Below are positions 1 to 13,800 of a stretch of 64,000 nt of DNA, piece by piece. This DNA comes from Paraspadella gotoi (Eukaryota > Animalia > Chaetognatha). The translations under genes and the position numbers were made by a program. The stretch covers positions 7,343,891 through 7,407,890 of the forward strand of contig CM119263.1 in NCBI GenBank assembly GCA_051294375.1, read 5' to 3'. Positions within the stretch are counted from its first letter, which is position 1. Every line of letters begins with the position of its first letter. The notes beneath the pieces were generated by a model. It was not told the DNA's origin. It did not search any database and saw nothing but the letters and a program-made list of their open reading frames with translations.

Positions 1-3000
1 AATAATTATGGGTTAGACGAGTCAACTTTTTAACCAGTAAAGCTCAATCGAATGAACAACAGAGTAAAACAAAAACGCAACTGTTTTGAGCCTTGGGCCA
101 TAAGAGGACTCTCGACAAGGCTTTTTATTCAATCTTGGGCAAAAAACGGACAAAAAACCAAGATTTGAAAACCAACTTTTTTTAAAATAAATTAATATTC
201 CGTGCACCTAATAGAGTTGTAATTTTATCACCATTCTTGAATATTAAATTAATCATCACTCAAACGCTTCAAACATTCTTAGCAACAATTTGAAATGACG
301 TTCACCTTACCTTTTAAACCTACCGCTTATAAGTCTTTGAAAGTTGGTTGAGTTTTAACTAATCAACACGGCACAGCAATGAAAAATTAATATTTCAAGA
401 CAAAAAGATCTGATAGTTGTTTTATTAATTAATGATAAGCGAATGTTTCACCTTGTAAGATGAAAAAACAAGATTATCTAGATAATTGTCGTTTAAAAAA
501 ACACTACGAATCTCATTTGAATTAATTGTGCCAGAAACGTCGGAAAAAAAAAATTTACAACCCACAATCTAGGCACGATAATGATAATAATATATTTTCT
601 TTGAAAAAGTCGCCATAAATTCATTTTAATTTAGGATTATTTAAAGGACAGCGCAGGTCCTAAGCGCGCATTTATTTTTATTCACACCGATGGGAGCGAA
701 AATCCCCAGTGCGACAGACAGTTTCTTCTGCATGCTCGTAAATAATAATAATAATCATGAAAGTAAAAGCTCATGAGATTATAATGAATCTTACAATTGC
801 AAAAAAAAAAGGCTTGCTATTAAAAATCTTTAACCGATGAAGCAGACTTACGAAAGCAAGAGAACAGACAATTACACACAAAAAAAAAATATGGCATCAT
901 AAATATGACTAAGATGATTGGCTGCGCCGAAATGGCGTGCTTTCTTTCCATGGGTGACCACTACTCATATTTATTCTGATCATGACCTTTAATACTCATG
1001 GAATGTGTTAATTTCCACATCGCCGGTAAAAATATATATTTTTGAATATTGAACAGCCAAATAAAAATGAAAAACCTCACCACCCACCAAGCTCTTTTAT
1101 ATCGAAAGCAACAAAACGAGAAAAAAAAATTTACAAGAGTCGATTTTTGGGCGTCGAAAGGTAAGAGGCTTTGGAAATAAAGCTTAACTTTCACACATTT
1201 TTTTATTCCATTCAACAAATTACATTCGTATCACATTGGTAAAAGCCTTTAAATTTTATTTATCTCCGTTCAAAAATAATGCAGCCTCGTAAGCGAATGT
1301 TAAAAAAGGAAGCACATTTAAGATTCGCCTCTTATCTCACATTATGTACAAATTTTATCGCTATAAAATTAAAAAAAAAGAAAAACCCGCTCGAAGACGC
1401 TGCGACGATGCTACCCAGCACCAGCTGCTGCGTGGATTCAGTTTTCAAAACGCGATCAATGATTAAAAAAATACATAATACATATTAAAGAATTCTTAAT
1501 GAAGTATTGCAATGAAAACAAAGGTTTGATAAGTCGAGGCAACCGTCGAAAGGCAGGAACCGAAACTATTAAATGGTCTTTTCGGTGACCAAATTGTTAC
1601 GAGGAACATCTATAAAAGACATTACATTTTTTAACGTTAAATTAAAAAGGTAAAACTTTTAAAATACTAAATTCTTTGAAAATTATTAAAGAAAAGAATG
1701 AATTATTTTTAGTTATGTTTAGATGTTCTAATACGAAAACGATTTCCCGCGCGCGCAAACAAGTTCTCGACACGCGCGCGACCACCGACGCCGCCGCAAC
1801 TTTCATCGTTTTGGTGTTTAATTTTTTTTTTTTTTTTGTCTTGGTTTTCGTTGTCTTCGCGGAGAAGCGAGCGGGCGAGCGAGAAAGGAAAGACGTTACA
1901 TTTCAGCCAACTCTGAAAACGCGGTATCCATTTCAGACTGCAGTTTGTTCACTTTTTCCCTCTCGTGCTCATACTCTCCTATTGGGAAAGGGGAGAGGAA
2001 GCGGATATAAGGGTTAGTCACAGCAAACGACTCACCTTGGAAGTCTTAACTTGTAACGAGGAGCTCAGTGGCATAATATTTAGTTGTTATGTTTAATAAT
2101 GTTTATAAAAATTTGATTAATATTTAGTTATTCGAAAGTTGACTGAATTACAATCTGTCGACTTACGTTCGACTTTGTCCACTTGTTTTTGCAGAATTTC
2201 AACCTGCCTTTCCGCCTGATCTGCTCTTTCTTCTGTCTGTAGATGGCGAATGGATCGGAGTCGTAAAACGTGACATGCATAAAAACAAAGGCAACTGCAG
2301 TAAGAACCATGCGATAATTTTTCTCGATCAAAAGTTGGGGAAAATTTAGTTGGGCTTGGGTTAAGAAAACGGGCGAACTTACCCCGATTCTGGCCGTAAA
2401 TTTTACTCAAATGATAGAAAATGAGTAGTGATATCTACGAACTTAAGATTCAATCATTCATCGACAATCATTCCTCCTTAGTATCATTTCAAGTGGTCTA
2501 GTTTTACTAATTAAAACATCATGCAAAAAAAATACAAATATTGCCACTTCAAATGAAAACCAAATAATAAAAAATAATGAAAAAAGGTTTGAAGGGAATA
2601 GAGAGAGAAGTCGGCAGTAAAGAGAGAAAAAATAGAGAAAAGAAGGGAGCTGTAAGGGGAGATAAAGAAAACAGGCGCGAAAGAAGAAAAAGAAGAGAGA
2701 AGAGAGAGAGAGAGAGAGAGAACAAGGGAGACGGTTGACGAATAAGGGGGGAGAAAAGGGGGAAGAGAAAGAGGGCATCCTTCGCGACGCGGAATGCGAT
2801 ACCTTCGAGTTTATCACATTCCTTCTGTAGTTTTCCGGTTTGGCGCTCGCCCTCAGCGGCGCGAGCTTCAGCCTGTTTGAGAATTAGTGAAATAAAAAGG
2901 GCAACGGAGTCGGAACAGTGAGTGACAGTCACAACAGACACGGCACAACCATGAATTTAATTTTAACGGTTGATAGATGGAGAGAGATTGACAAAAAGAG

Positions 3001-3938
3001 TATGAGGATGTTATGTAAAATTTAAATATAATCTAAATTAAACTAAATCTTCAAAGTCAGGGCAAGAAACCCGTTACCCATTTTAATAAATGAATGGATA
3101 AGTTTATATTGGTGGTGCTAATTTCATTCAAAAAAATGTTGGTACGAAACCATAAGAAAAATTCACTGCAAAGAAAAACGTTGTTTAAAAAAAAAAACGT
3201 CAGCACGGCAAGAACGCCCAGCGGATTGCGGGACTCACGTCCTTGAACCGCCGTGCTTGAGATCGCGGATAGTCTCCTCGTAGGATTCCTCGCGAGAAAG
3301 AGCCTGTGAAAGAAGAGGCGAGTGTATAGTGAAAGGATTGGGTGACACTTACGCGACCGAGACGAGCCGTCAAGTCACGGGATCGAGAATTCGTACGCAA
3401 TCTTCGCGACAATTCGCCTAATGAGAAGGCGGGGGTAGAACGTTTAGAACTTAACTTAACTTTTAAATGACCAACAATACTTCAATCTGTTGCTCGTTTA
3501 TAGCGGTGATTAAATACGTTTCGTTGATATGAGTCAATATTTTACTTATCATCTTACGTAATTCTGGCTTTCTTTAGGAAACAACTGATAAACAGAGGAA
3601 AAAAATCAAGCAACAAGAAACAAAAAATGTCAGTTCTCACCTCAGCCTCGGAGAGACCTCCAATGATTTCATGTTGTTGCCGACAACCTTCAACTCTTCT
3701 CCAACTCTTGAATCTTTCTGTTGGCGATAAGACGAAGCAAATAAATATATAAAATCTGGCACATTTATTCACTTTCACTTCAAAGACGCAATCGTTCTCT
3801 TATGCAAAAATCAATCGAACTCACCTTCTCGCGTGCTCTGCCGCTCCTCAGCCCGCCTCAAATCGCCTCCAGCACAACGACCTTACGCGCCAGCCTTCAT
3901 GTGCAAATGGGATGGAGGACACCACGGCAAATGCATGC

Positions 3939-3988
<50 letters not shown>

Positions 3989-4029
3989 GAGAGGTAGTGT
4001 GTTAGATAAATTACAAGATCGAAATCACG

Positions 4030-4064
<35 letters not shown>

Positions 4065-7000
4065 GGCTAGGAATATAAGAAGTTAGTTAAACATGTCTTA
4101 ACAAAAGTAAAGAGAAAGACTGTGAGGAGCTGAACAATTAACAGACTTGACAAACTTTATCGTTAGTAAATTTATTACGCAATGTTTGAAAACTTATCCA
4201 AAATCTATATGTTAATTAAATAGCTCTGCTCACTGTTCCATTGGCTAGTTGCAAAAGACAAAAATAATTTTTCAAATATTTCGTTATTCATTTCGATGGC
4301 CATCGACCAATCCTTCAAGTTCTCATTCTTAGTCCGGATTACTTTTTTATAGATTTGAGTTAAAAAGGTAGAAGGTAGAATACTTCATCCGGATTAAGAC
4401 ACGCGATGTGAAAGGAATTCGATCGTTGACGTCACCCTTCAGAAATAACACTTTCAATATATCACTTTATTTATTAACGACTGATATTGTTTAAAATAAT
4501 TAACCAGCCAATGACGTCACGGCAATACTAAAAATTTAACCAATGACGTCACAGCAAACCACAAAATTTCAGCCAATGAAAATGGTTTACGGGAATTTTT
4601 CAGAGCGAACGGACCCCAGAAGACTATTAAAATACTCGACATCGAAAACGTAACTAATGAAATTTTTCAACTGATGAAATTGAAAACCATTTTTTTCGAA
4701 GAAAAATAGCCTTCTCGCGCCATCCTTCCTCTGAAAAAGAATCCCGATTTGCCACTCACGCCTCAGCGTCGTCAGCGCGTTGTTCCGCGCGCTCCAGGTC
4801 GACCTCCAACATTGCCAGGCGCCTGGACGCCTGTCAATCACCAAAACGAGTGTGAGAAATAAGCTAATATTTAAACGAAATAGGCGTGCAAGTAAGGAAG
4901 AAGCTGCAAACGACAATAACTATAATTTAATTCTTACGTTTGCGGTCTCCTTCGTGGACGTGCCAGGTTATCTAGATGTGTCGGCTTATCTAGACGACGT
5001 GCAGTGATGCGGAAAACGAAAAATGTGACGCTATGCTAAACGGAAAAAAATACGCGAAGAACGTGCAAAAATAACGAGGCGTGCAAATTCTCCGAAGGTT
5101 TTTTTGTTTTAACAAGAACTTGATTGAATTCTATGGATTGTTAGAGTCTCGTAAAAACAGAATATAACAGTTGAAAACTTAAAAACTATAAATCGTCCCA
5201 CTCATGACAACTTCCGCATAATTCGAAGTGGGCGGTGGTCGTCAAAACGCAGCATGCGATACATTTTTTTTTCGCTGATAATTCTTTCCAAGATGCTCTT
5301 CATTTTTAAACATTATTTCGTCGGTCAAAAATCTGAGTCGGCACAGCAAATTTTTTTTGACATGCTATTAGTGTCTTTTTTTAGCCAGCCTTGATGCTGC
5401 ATTTTCTGTGTGGGTTCTTTGCGAGTTTTTACAAACAGATCGCTCGTTGGCTTTTAATTTTTCTAATATCAAAACTAAAGAGGTGCTTAGGTTTTTCCGG
5501 TGCTGCGAGTTTCACCTCAAAAATTTACTAATTTTAAACAATTGATACTTATACTAAAAAAACTTTCAAATTAAAAATAAGTGAGTGACTGTACCTCTTT
5601 CACTAAAGGGTATAAGATTAGGGACGGATCGTCCGAGAGACACTCTTCCTTAATCGTTTCTAAGGAATTTGACGCTGAGGGAAACTCCTGTCCTTCCTTG
5701 TCTCTCTCACGTAAATGGGACGTTGTCCTGCGGAAGAATGATCCGCTTGAATGAGATCAACTCGATCGATTTATTCTTTCAAATAAACATTTTGTATTTC
5801 CTAATATTTATAATTTTGGATTATTTTTGGTAAATTTCGGCGTGAAGAAAAAAAAAACTCGCAACAGGAAACCCCTATACGGGATGCTGTCTCAAAAGAG
5901 GCAATGAGCTGCACGTAAAATAAGCGAACAGGCCGGCTTTGCGCACGGCCATGACGAAGAGATTTGGGAAGAGACGATGCTCGGACGCGGCCTCCGTCCA
6001 TTGGCGTCTCTAAAAACGGTTCCCCTAACGCCTAACACTCGTCGTATTTTCTGTCAGAGTCCTCGCGATCATCTGCGCCTCTTTGAAGGGAGAGTTCCAA
6101 CGCGGCGATGCGCTCGTCATTGGAAGCCTCAAGTTCTCAAGCACTTTGCGACCTCTGACGAGTTAGGGACGGGGTGTTTTGTTTTTGTTTTTTGGATAAA
6201 GGAGAACGTAGCAAAAAAAAACTCAGCGAGGCAAAAATAATTGCAATTACTAAACGCTCCCGACTGTCCACTCCCCCATTACTCAGATTTCTATTGCATT
6301 CGAAAGATCTAGCGTTGTAGACCGAACAAAAAAGATTAGTTGTAACAAGAATTACAATAATATTAGTCAAACGAAAAAAATAACCCTAAAATTTCGTGCC
6401 AAACGCGCGATATTAAAGCCGGCACAACCCACAGAGAAACCCACTGGCGAGAAACATCAAGACTGCGACCTTAGTTTTTTCTTCTGTGCTCTACAAAACT
6501 CGATCCGTTTCACACTCCGAAGCTTTGGCGTCCTTTAACTACAAGTTAGTCAGCTATTCCGTCCGGAAAGCTTGGAGACAAGTACTGACTCCTGTCTCCA
6601 ATGGATACCTCGTCGTATTTTCGATCTGAATCTTTCCGCGATCATCTGAGCCTCCATCAATTGAGTCTCCAGAGAAGCGATGCGCTCCTCATCCAAGAAG
6701 CTTCGGTTTTCTAGAACCTTGCGTCCTCTGATGGAGACACGCCAAATTAAATGTAGAACTCGGAGGGAAAAATTGACTCATTAATACACTAGCAATTATG
6801 AAGATATCTTATTAGGTCAGTCTCAAAGCTCAAAGAACTACATTTTCTTTAGATTTAACAGAATATCAAGATTTGTACATCAAGAACGGTCCCAATGATA
6901 AGCCACTTTCACTCACTATTTTTATAACTAATGCTTGTCAGAAAATGTCGAATAACCTGCGAAAAATTTGTCAGCCAAATAGAAATATTTTTATTAATTA

Positions 7001-9622
7001 ATTTATAATCTCATATTGGCTGCATGCGGATAAACGCCTTTTACTCTTATAAGCATATACTCCATGAAAGATAGTTTAGACTTTTTGTTTTACATGCTGG
7101 TTTCCCAACTATGTATGATTAAGGATTTGAGTTATTTGTTTGTCGTGAAATCAAATAAGAATTCATCATGTAGAAAAAACTAAAATAATTATTAACTTTT
7201 TTGCTGTCCCAGAATTACAGAAAGAAAAGGGAGATTGAAAGAAAAAAAATTTGGATGGGAAATTAAAAAGAAAACTAGGTAGGAGAGAAAATTTTTTTTC
7301 CATTTAAGATTTTAGAACAATTTAACTGAAAAGAGAAAAATTATAAGGAAGGAGACAATAATTGAGAAGAATTCACTTCAGAGTGAAGAAAGAAAAATAA
7401 AATAGAATAAATAAATAAAAATAAATAAAATAAATAGAAGAGATAAGGAGGAAATCCTCTACCTCCTCGTATTTTTTGGCGGAATCTTCAGCGATGACTG
7501 TCTTTTTCTGAATTTCTGCATCCAAACTCGAAATCTGTTTCTTCCAAAGCGTCATTCCGTTTGTCCAAAACTTTTCGCGCTCTAAGTTATTCAGTTTTGG
7601 GTTTTGAAAAAATTTTATAATAAAAATTACCTTATTCCATTTCAATCATCACCCTTGGTTTTTGGTCATTAAAGTTAGTTCACCAATTGTTCAAGTGTAA
7701 ATCAAAGCACCGTTGAAGCTGTCGACATGTATGCTTAGATTAAATTGAGGGATAGTGGTTTGGCCCCAAGAATTTCGCTAAAGATACCAGTGTGAAAACG
7801 TAGATTGGTATAGATTTGGAGAAAGCAAGGGATGCGAATTACTAAGCCATTAGAAAGGGCCTTCACTGTACCTCTTGATATTTTTTGTCTGAATCTTCTA
7901 TTAATTGTTTTGAATCTTTGAGTTGAATCGCAACTGCCTCAATTTTCATCCTCATGTATGCGAGTAGTTTTTTTCCAAATTTCTCCTTCCCCTACAATAA
8001 TTATAATAACCATGGTTGCACATTCAATAATCAGTTTGTATTAGAATACTTTCAGGTAAACTTAACCGATATATAGCCTAATGCTAAAAGGAAATATAAA
8101 ACAATGAAGAACAATTAAGCTCAAAATTAAAAAGAAATCGTCGGAACGAAAAATAGAGAATGAATCGATACGTAGCGGACAAGGAATATCAATTGTTAAC
8201 AGGAATACAAGGTATATAATGTAAGACTGGATCTGTGGTGCTTGTCTGTGTGTTCATTGCAAGTGGCTGTAGTGAAATGAGTTGGAAAAGAAAATAGGAG
8301 ATTCTTTGCTTTACTGCTAAGTAAGCAATTGCGACGTCTGCACTAACCTGCATCATTAATACCACATACCTCTTCATACTTTCTATTCACTTCTTCTGCT
8401 ATAAATTTGGCCTCTTTTAGTTTGAAGAGCACAAAATATCTATTCGATCTTCCAAATATTTGCGAGCCGTTATCCAACAGCTTTGCGTTGCATTGGACAG
8501 CTAGTAAAGGATTTTCAAGTGACAGAGTTAGATAATAGATAAAAAAAAAGAAACAATGAATTTTTTTTCTCGCAACGCTGAATCAACAACGAAAGCATTA
8601 AGCTTTGAGACATTCAGACATAAGTCACCTTTACTTGTAACCAGTCTGACAACTGAAGTCAGCATAAAGGGAAATAATATCAATCCCACTTCCGTCCAGC
8701 GTACTCTCGACTCCGGTCGGCTTGGCTTTTGACGGTTCCTCCAGCCTTCTCCGACGCGATCTGAAGACGCTTCTTTCGCGCATTCTCAAGTCCTCCTCAA
8801 CCAAACTGGCATTCGGCGTTGAAGAGCGGAGACCTCGCCTCGGCCCCTCGGAGTGGGTTTGTGGCAGGAAATGGGTGGCATGTTTGGAAGATAAGGAGGG
8901 GAGAGGAACGGAAACTAGATTGAGGATGAATTTTTGTTTTCATAAGGGTTTTATTCTTACAGATCAAGAATTTCAATGTGCTGCTTTGACAGTTCCTCGT
9001 TTCCAATTGGATAATTTTTCGTCTTTCTTACTTTCTCTTCTCTTTTTCTAGTCTGTGTTTTCTCGGTCAATCGACGCTCTTTCACAAAACTACGCGAAAA
9101 CCGAATAAAGAAAATTAAAAAATTTTCAAAAGGATTTGGTGACTTAGGGCTTTTTTCTTTATTCCTTCTTTGAATCCCTTTTATGTCTCTCTTCAAAAAA
9201 ATAGTCAATCTTTGCAGTTCTGTATTCATAAATCATTCTATAAGGTTTTTACCAGAATTTTAAGAGATGAAAATCCTCTGGTTTAAATTTAGGAGGTTCT
9301 TGCTAATATTCTGCGGCGAATATTAATTTTCTTACTTCGAGTCGATCTCGGCAATAAACTCTGAAATCGCCGAGCTGTTTATCCTTGAAGGAGGTCTTAT
9401 AAACATTCTAGGCTTTTTATTCAAGATGTATACCAAGTTCTAAAAATCCCTGGTTCGCGAAGGAAAACTGCCACAAAAAAATTAAGAAACCGTAGATTTG
9501 AATTTCGATTCGATTCTTTAACATGAAAAAAAAATTCCGAGCCAACAAGTCATGTCACAGAGTCGAACAAAGATTAGTATTTGATCTTTAAAACAATTAC
9601 CTCAACTAGAAGCCAATCTAAT
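1..9622 (+). repeat. Direct near-identical copy of 11339-20909 (probable false duplication or uncollapsed haplotype)
   Basis: Colinear throughout. Differences are mostly 1-nt indels that become denser toward 9600 and the N gap at 9802-9810. Confidence 0.93.
1896..8845 (-). pseudogene. Tpm: 5'-truncated, frameshifted tropomyosin copy (exon 3 to 9a), likely an artefact
   Basis: 9a 1896-1978, 8b 2167-2236, 8a 2803-2872 and 5a 4760-4830 are intact. 7b (65 nt), 7a (65 nt) and 6 (77 nt) are frameshifted, and 5b, 4A-E and 3 carry indels. No exons 1/2 in this copy. Confidence 0.6.
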
Positions 9623-10748
9623 TGATCTCCTCTTTTTAGCTTAAAATCAGGTGAATTGAAGATAAGAATAAAACTGTTTGGCTTTTATCGCGTGCATAAA
9701 AACTTGTTTTGAAAACCTCCACGACGCCTTGTACTTATTGTAGTTGTTGTACTTGTACTTGTTGTAGTTGCTTAAATTTTTTTTCTTCATTGTATATAAA
9801 ANNNNNNNNNNATGATAAAAGTTATTCTCGATGGAAAATACAGGGGGTGGGGAACCTATATCGAGACAACATTTAAAAATTTTAAAAATCATAAAATCTT
9901 AATGATTTTGAAAATCTAAATAGATTTTAGTATTCTTCCTTAGCTTTTAGACGATGTATTAATTGTTTTGAAATTCTTTGATATTATGCTTTTTTTGATG
10001 CAGCAAAGTAAACTGCCCGGTTTTCTCCGCGCGTTTTGAAAAAAAAAAGTTTGAATACTTATTTTTAAATCTCATTCTAATACATAACAGTTAAAATATT
10101 TTTGGAAGTACTTATTTGTAATATAATAACGCTTCTAGCAAGGTATACACTGTACAAGTGAACATGGTATTTGGTTACAAAAAATATAAAGTAAGCAGGT
10201 AAGATTTGGGTAAGTTACTGTATGGTTTAATTTTTATTAAAGCTTAATTTTATCAAGAAATTTATTAACGATATTGTCAGATAATTAAATTAATCATGTA
10301 AGATTTCTGAATGCATAATAAAAGTGTCCAAAAGGAAAGAAATTCATAAAGTTATTGACAATTTAATCATATTCATCATAATCTTCCTAAAATTTTGCTT
10401 TACTTACTTGAAAAAAAAATTAAATAGGGTTAATTTGGATAGCGATGAAAAGCTTAAAATCAGGTGAATTGAAGATAAGAATAAAACTGTCATGTGAAGA
10501 ATATTAACAAGTTTGGCTTTTATCGCGTGCATAAAAACAACTTGTTTTGAAAACCTCCACGACGCCTTGTAGTTGCTCAAATTTTTTTTTTCATTGTATA
10601 TAAAATAAAAAGCCACTCATTTTATTGTATCAGTATCTCAAATCGTTCAGAAAGGGCAGAACGTTGTTTTGTCTCGATATAGGGTCCCACCCCTGTATGT
10701 CATATATCTTCTGTTTGAAGCCCAATCGGTTGACAGAATCCTCACCGA

Positions 10749-10831
10749 TCAATATCCGGAGAGTTCGTTGAAGGCACGTTCCAGCTCGTCGCAGATGGCC
10801 TTGTACTTGTCCGATTCCGACACGAGATCGG
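10749..10831 (-). CDS. Tpm: Tropomyosin terminal exon 9c (muscle-type), [26 protein letters not shown]
   Basis: 83 nt including TGA; acceptor ctcgcAG; ELSGY C-terminus typical of invertebrate muscle tropomyosin. Confidence 0.95.
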
Positions 10832-13800
10832 CTGCGAGGTAAAAAATGATTGGGGAAGGGAAAAATAATCAGACTTGCATTTTGGTTTTGACCACATCGA
10901 AAGTGAACCAAAAAGTTTTGTATTTTGGGGTACCTTAACGACGAATGCAATCCGGATGGATGGATGTGATGCAAAACGGATGCGGGATTTCACTCAGATT
11001 TCACGGGGTTTTTTTTTCACTCTCGAGACTGCGTGCGTATCACGCGTATAACGTGTGCGCGCGCACGAATCGCGAGTTGGGAAAGGTTCGACTCAAACAT
11101 GCGTGTCAACGTGCAAAATTCAGGGTCGTTCATCTCTTTGGTGTTTTACATAGTTGACATTTTTACAATTAAATAATAGCTTTCACTCTAATTCTATTTA
11201 AATAAAATACTGCTGGATTTTAAAAAAATAAATCCTTAATATCCCGACATCTCGTTGAAAGTGGATTCTAATTCGAGGCAGATGCTTTTGTATTTTTCCA
11301 CCCATTGCATTAATTCCGCTGAAAAGGGGATCAATTTAAATAATTAATGGGTTAGACGAGTCAACTTTTTAACCAGTAAAGCTCAATCGAATGAACAACA
11401 GAGTAAAACAAAAACGCAACTGTTTTGAGCCTTGGGCCATAAGAGGACTCTCGACAAGGCTTTTTATCAATCTTGGGCAAAAAACGGACAAAAACCAAGA
11501 TTTGAAAACCAACTTTTTTTAAAATAAATTAATATTCCGTGCACCTAATAGCAGTTGTAATTTTATCACCATTCATTGAATATTAAATTAATCATCACTC
11601 AAACGCTTCAAACATTCTTAGCAACAATTTGAAATGACGTTCACCTTACCTTTTAAACCTACCGCTTATAAGTCTATTGAAAGTTGGTTGAGTTTTAACT
11701 AATCAACACGGCACAGCAATGAAAAATTAATATTTCAAGACAAAAGAATCTGATAGTTGTTTTATTAATTAATGATAAGCGAATGTTTCACCTTGTAAGA
11801 TGAAAAAACAAGATTATCTAGATAATTGTCGGTTTAAAAAAACACTACGAATCTCATTTGAATTAATTGTGCCAGAAACGTCGGAAAAAAAAAAATTTAC
11901 AACCCACAATCTAGGCACGATAATGATAATAATATATTTCTTTGAAAAAGTCGCCATAAATTCATTTTAATTTAGGATTATTTAAAGGACAGCGCAGGTC
12001 CTAAGCGCGCATTTATTTTTATTCACACCGATGGGAGCGAAAATCCCCAGTGCGACAGACAGTTTCTTCTGCATGCTCGTAAATAATAATAATAATCATG
12101 AAAGTAAAAGCTCATGAGATTATAATGAATCTTACAATTGCAAAAAAAAACAAGGCTTGCTATTAAAAATCATTTAACCGATGAAGCAGACTTACGAAAG
12201 CAAGAGAACAGACAATTACACACAAAAAAAAAATATGGCATCATAAATATGACTAAGATGATTGGCTGCGCCGAAATGGCGTGCTTTCTTTCCATGGGTG
12301 ACCACTACTCATATTTATTCTGATCATGACCTTTAATACTCATGGAATGTGTTAATTTCCACATCGCCCGGTAAAAATATATATTTTTGAATATTGAACA
12401 GCCAAATAAAAATGAAAAACCTCACCACCCACCAAGCTCTTTTATATCGAAAGCAACAAAACGAGAAAAAAAAAATTTACAAGAGTCGATTTTTGGGCGT
12501 CGAAAGGTAAGAGGCTTTGGAAATAAAGCTTAACTTCTCACACATTTTTTTATTCCATTCAACAAATTACATTCGTATCACATTGGTAAAAGCCTTTAAA
12601 TTGATTTATCTCCGTTCAAAAATAATGCAAGCCTCGTAAGCGAATGTTAAAAAAGGAAGCACATTTAAGATTCGCCTCTTATCTCACATTATGTACAAAT
12701 TTTATCGCTATAAAATTAAAAAAAAAAAGAAAAACCCGCTCGAAGACGCTGCGACGATGCTACCCAGCACCTAGCTGCTGCGGTGGATTCAGTTTTCAAA
12801 ACGCGATCAATGATTAAAAAAATACATAATACATATTAAAGAATTCTTAATGAAGTATTGCAATGAAAACAAAGGTTTGATAAGTCGAGGCAACCGTCGA
12901 AAGGCAGGAACCGAAACTATTAAATGGTCTTTTCGGTGACCAAATTGTTACGGAGGAACATCTATAAAGATACATTTTTTAACGTTAAATTAAAAAGGTA
13001 AAACTTTTAAAATTCTAAATTCTTTGAAAATTATTAAAGAAAAGAATGAATTTATTTTTAGTTATGTTTAGATGTTCTAATACGAAAACGATTTCCCGCG
13101 CGCGCAAACAAGTCTCGACACGCGCGCGACCACCGACGCCGCCGCAACTTTCATCGTTTTGGTGTTTAATTTTTTTTTTTTTTTTGTCTTGGTTTTCGTT
13201 GTCTTCGCGGAGAAGCGAGCGGGCGAGCGAGAAAGGAAAGACGTTACATTTCAGCCAACTCTGAAAACGCGGTATCCATTTCAGACTGCAGTTTGTTCAC
13301 TTTTTCCCTCTCGTGCTCATACTCTCCTATTGGGAAAGGGGAGAGGAAGCGGATATAAGGGTTAGTCACAGCAAACGACTCACCTTGGAAGTCTTAACTT
13401 GTAACGAGAGCTCAGTGGCATAATATTTAGTTGTTTAATAATGTTTATAAAATTTGATTAATATTTAGTTATTCGAAAGTTGACTGAATTACAATCTGTC
13501 GACTTACGTTCGACTTTGTCCACTTGTTTTTGCAGAATTTCAACCTGCCTTTCCGCCTGATCTGCTCTTTCTTCTGTCTGTAGATGGCGAATGGATCGGG
13601 AGTCGTAAAACGTGACATGCATAAAAACAAAGGCAACTGCAGTAAGAACCATGCGATAATTTTTCTCGATCAAAAGTTGGGGAAAATTTAGTTGGGCTTG
13701 GGGTTAAGAAAACGGGCGAACTTACCCCGATTCTGGCCGTAAATTTTACTCAAATGATAGAAATGAGTAGTGATATCTACGAACTTAAGATTCAATCATT

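Noticed and set aside
11600-12340. Further exon-9 candidates between 9a and 9b
   Set aside because: Only very short, non-homologous frames after weak acceptors
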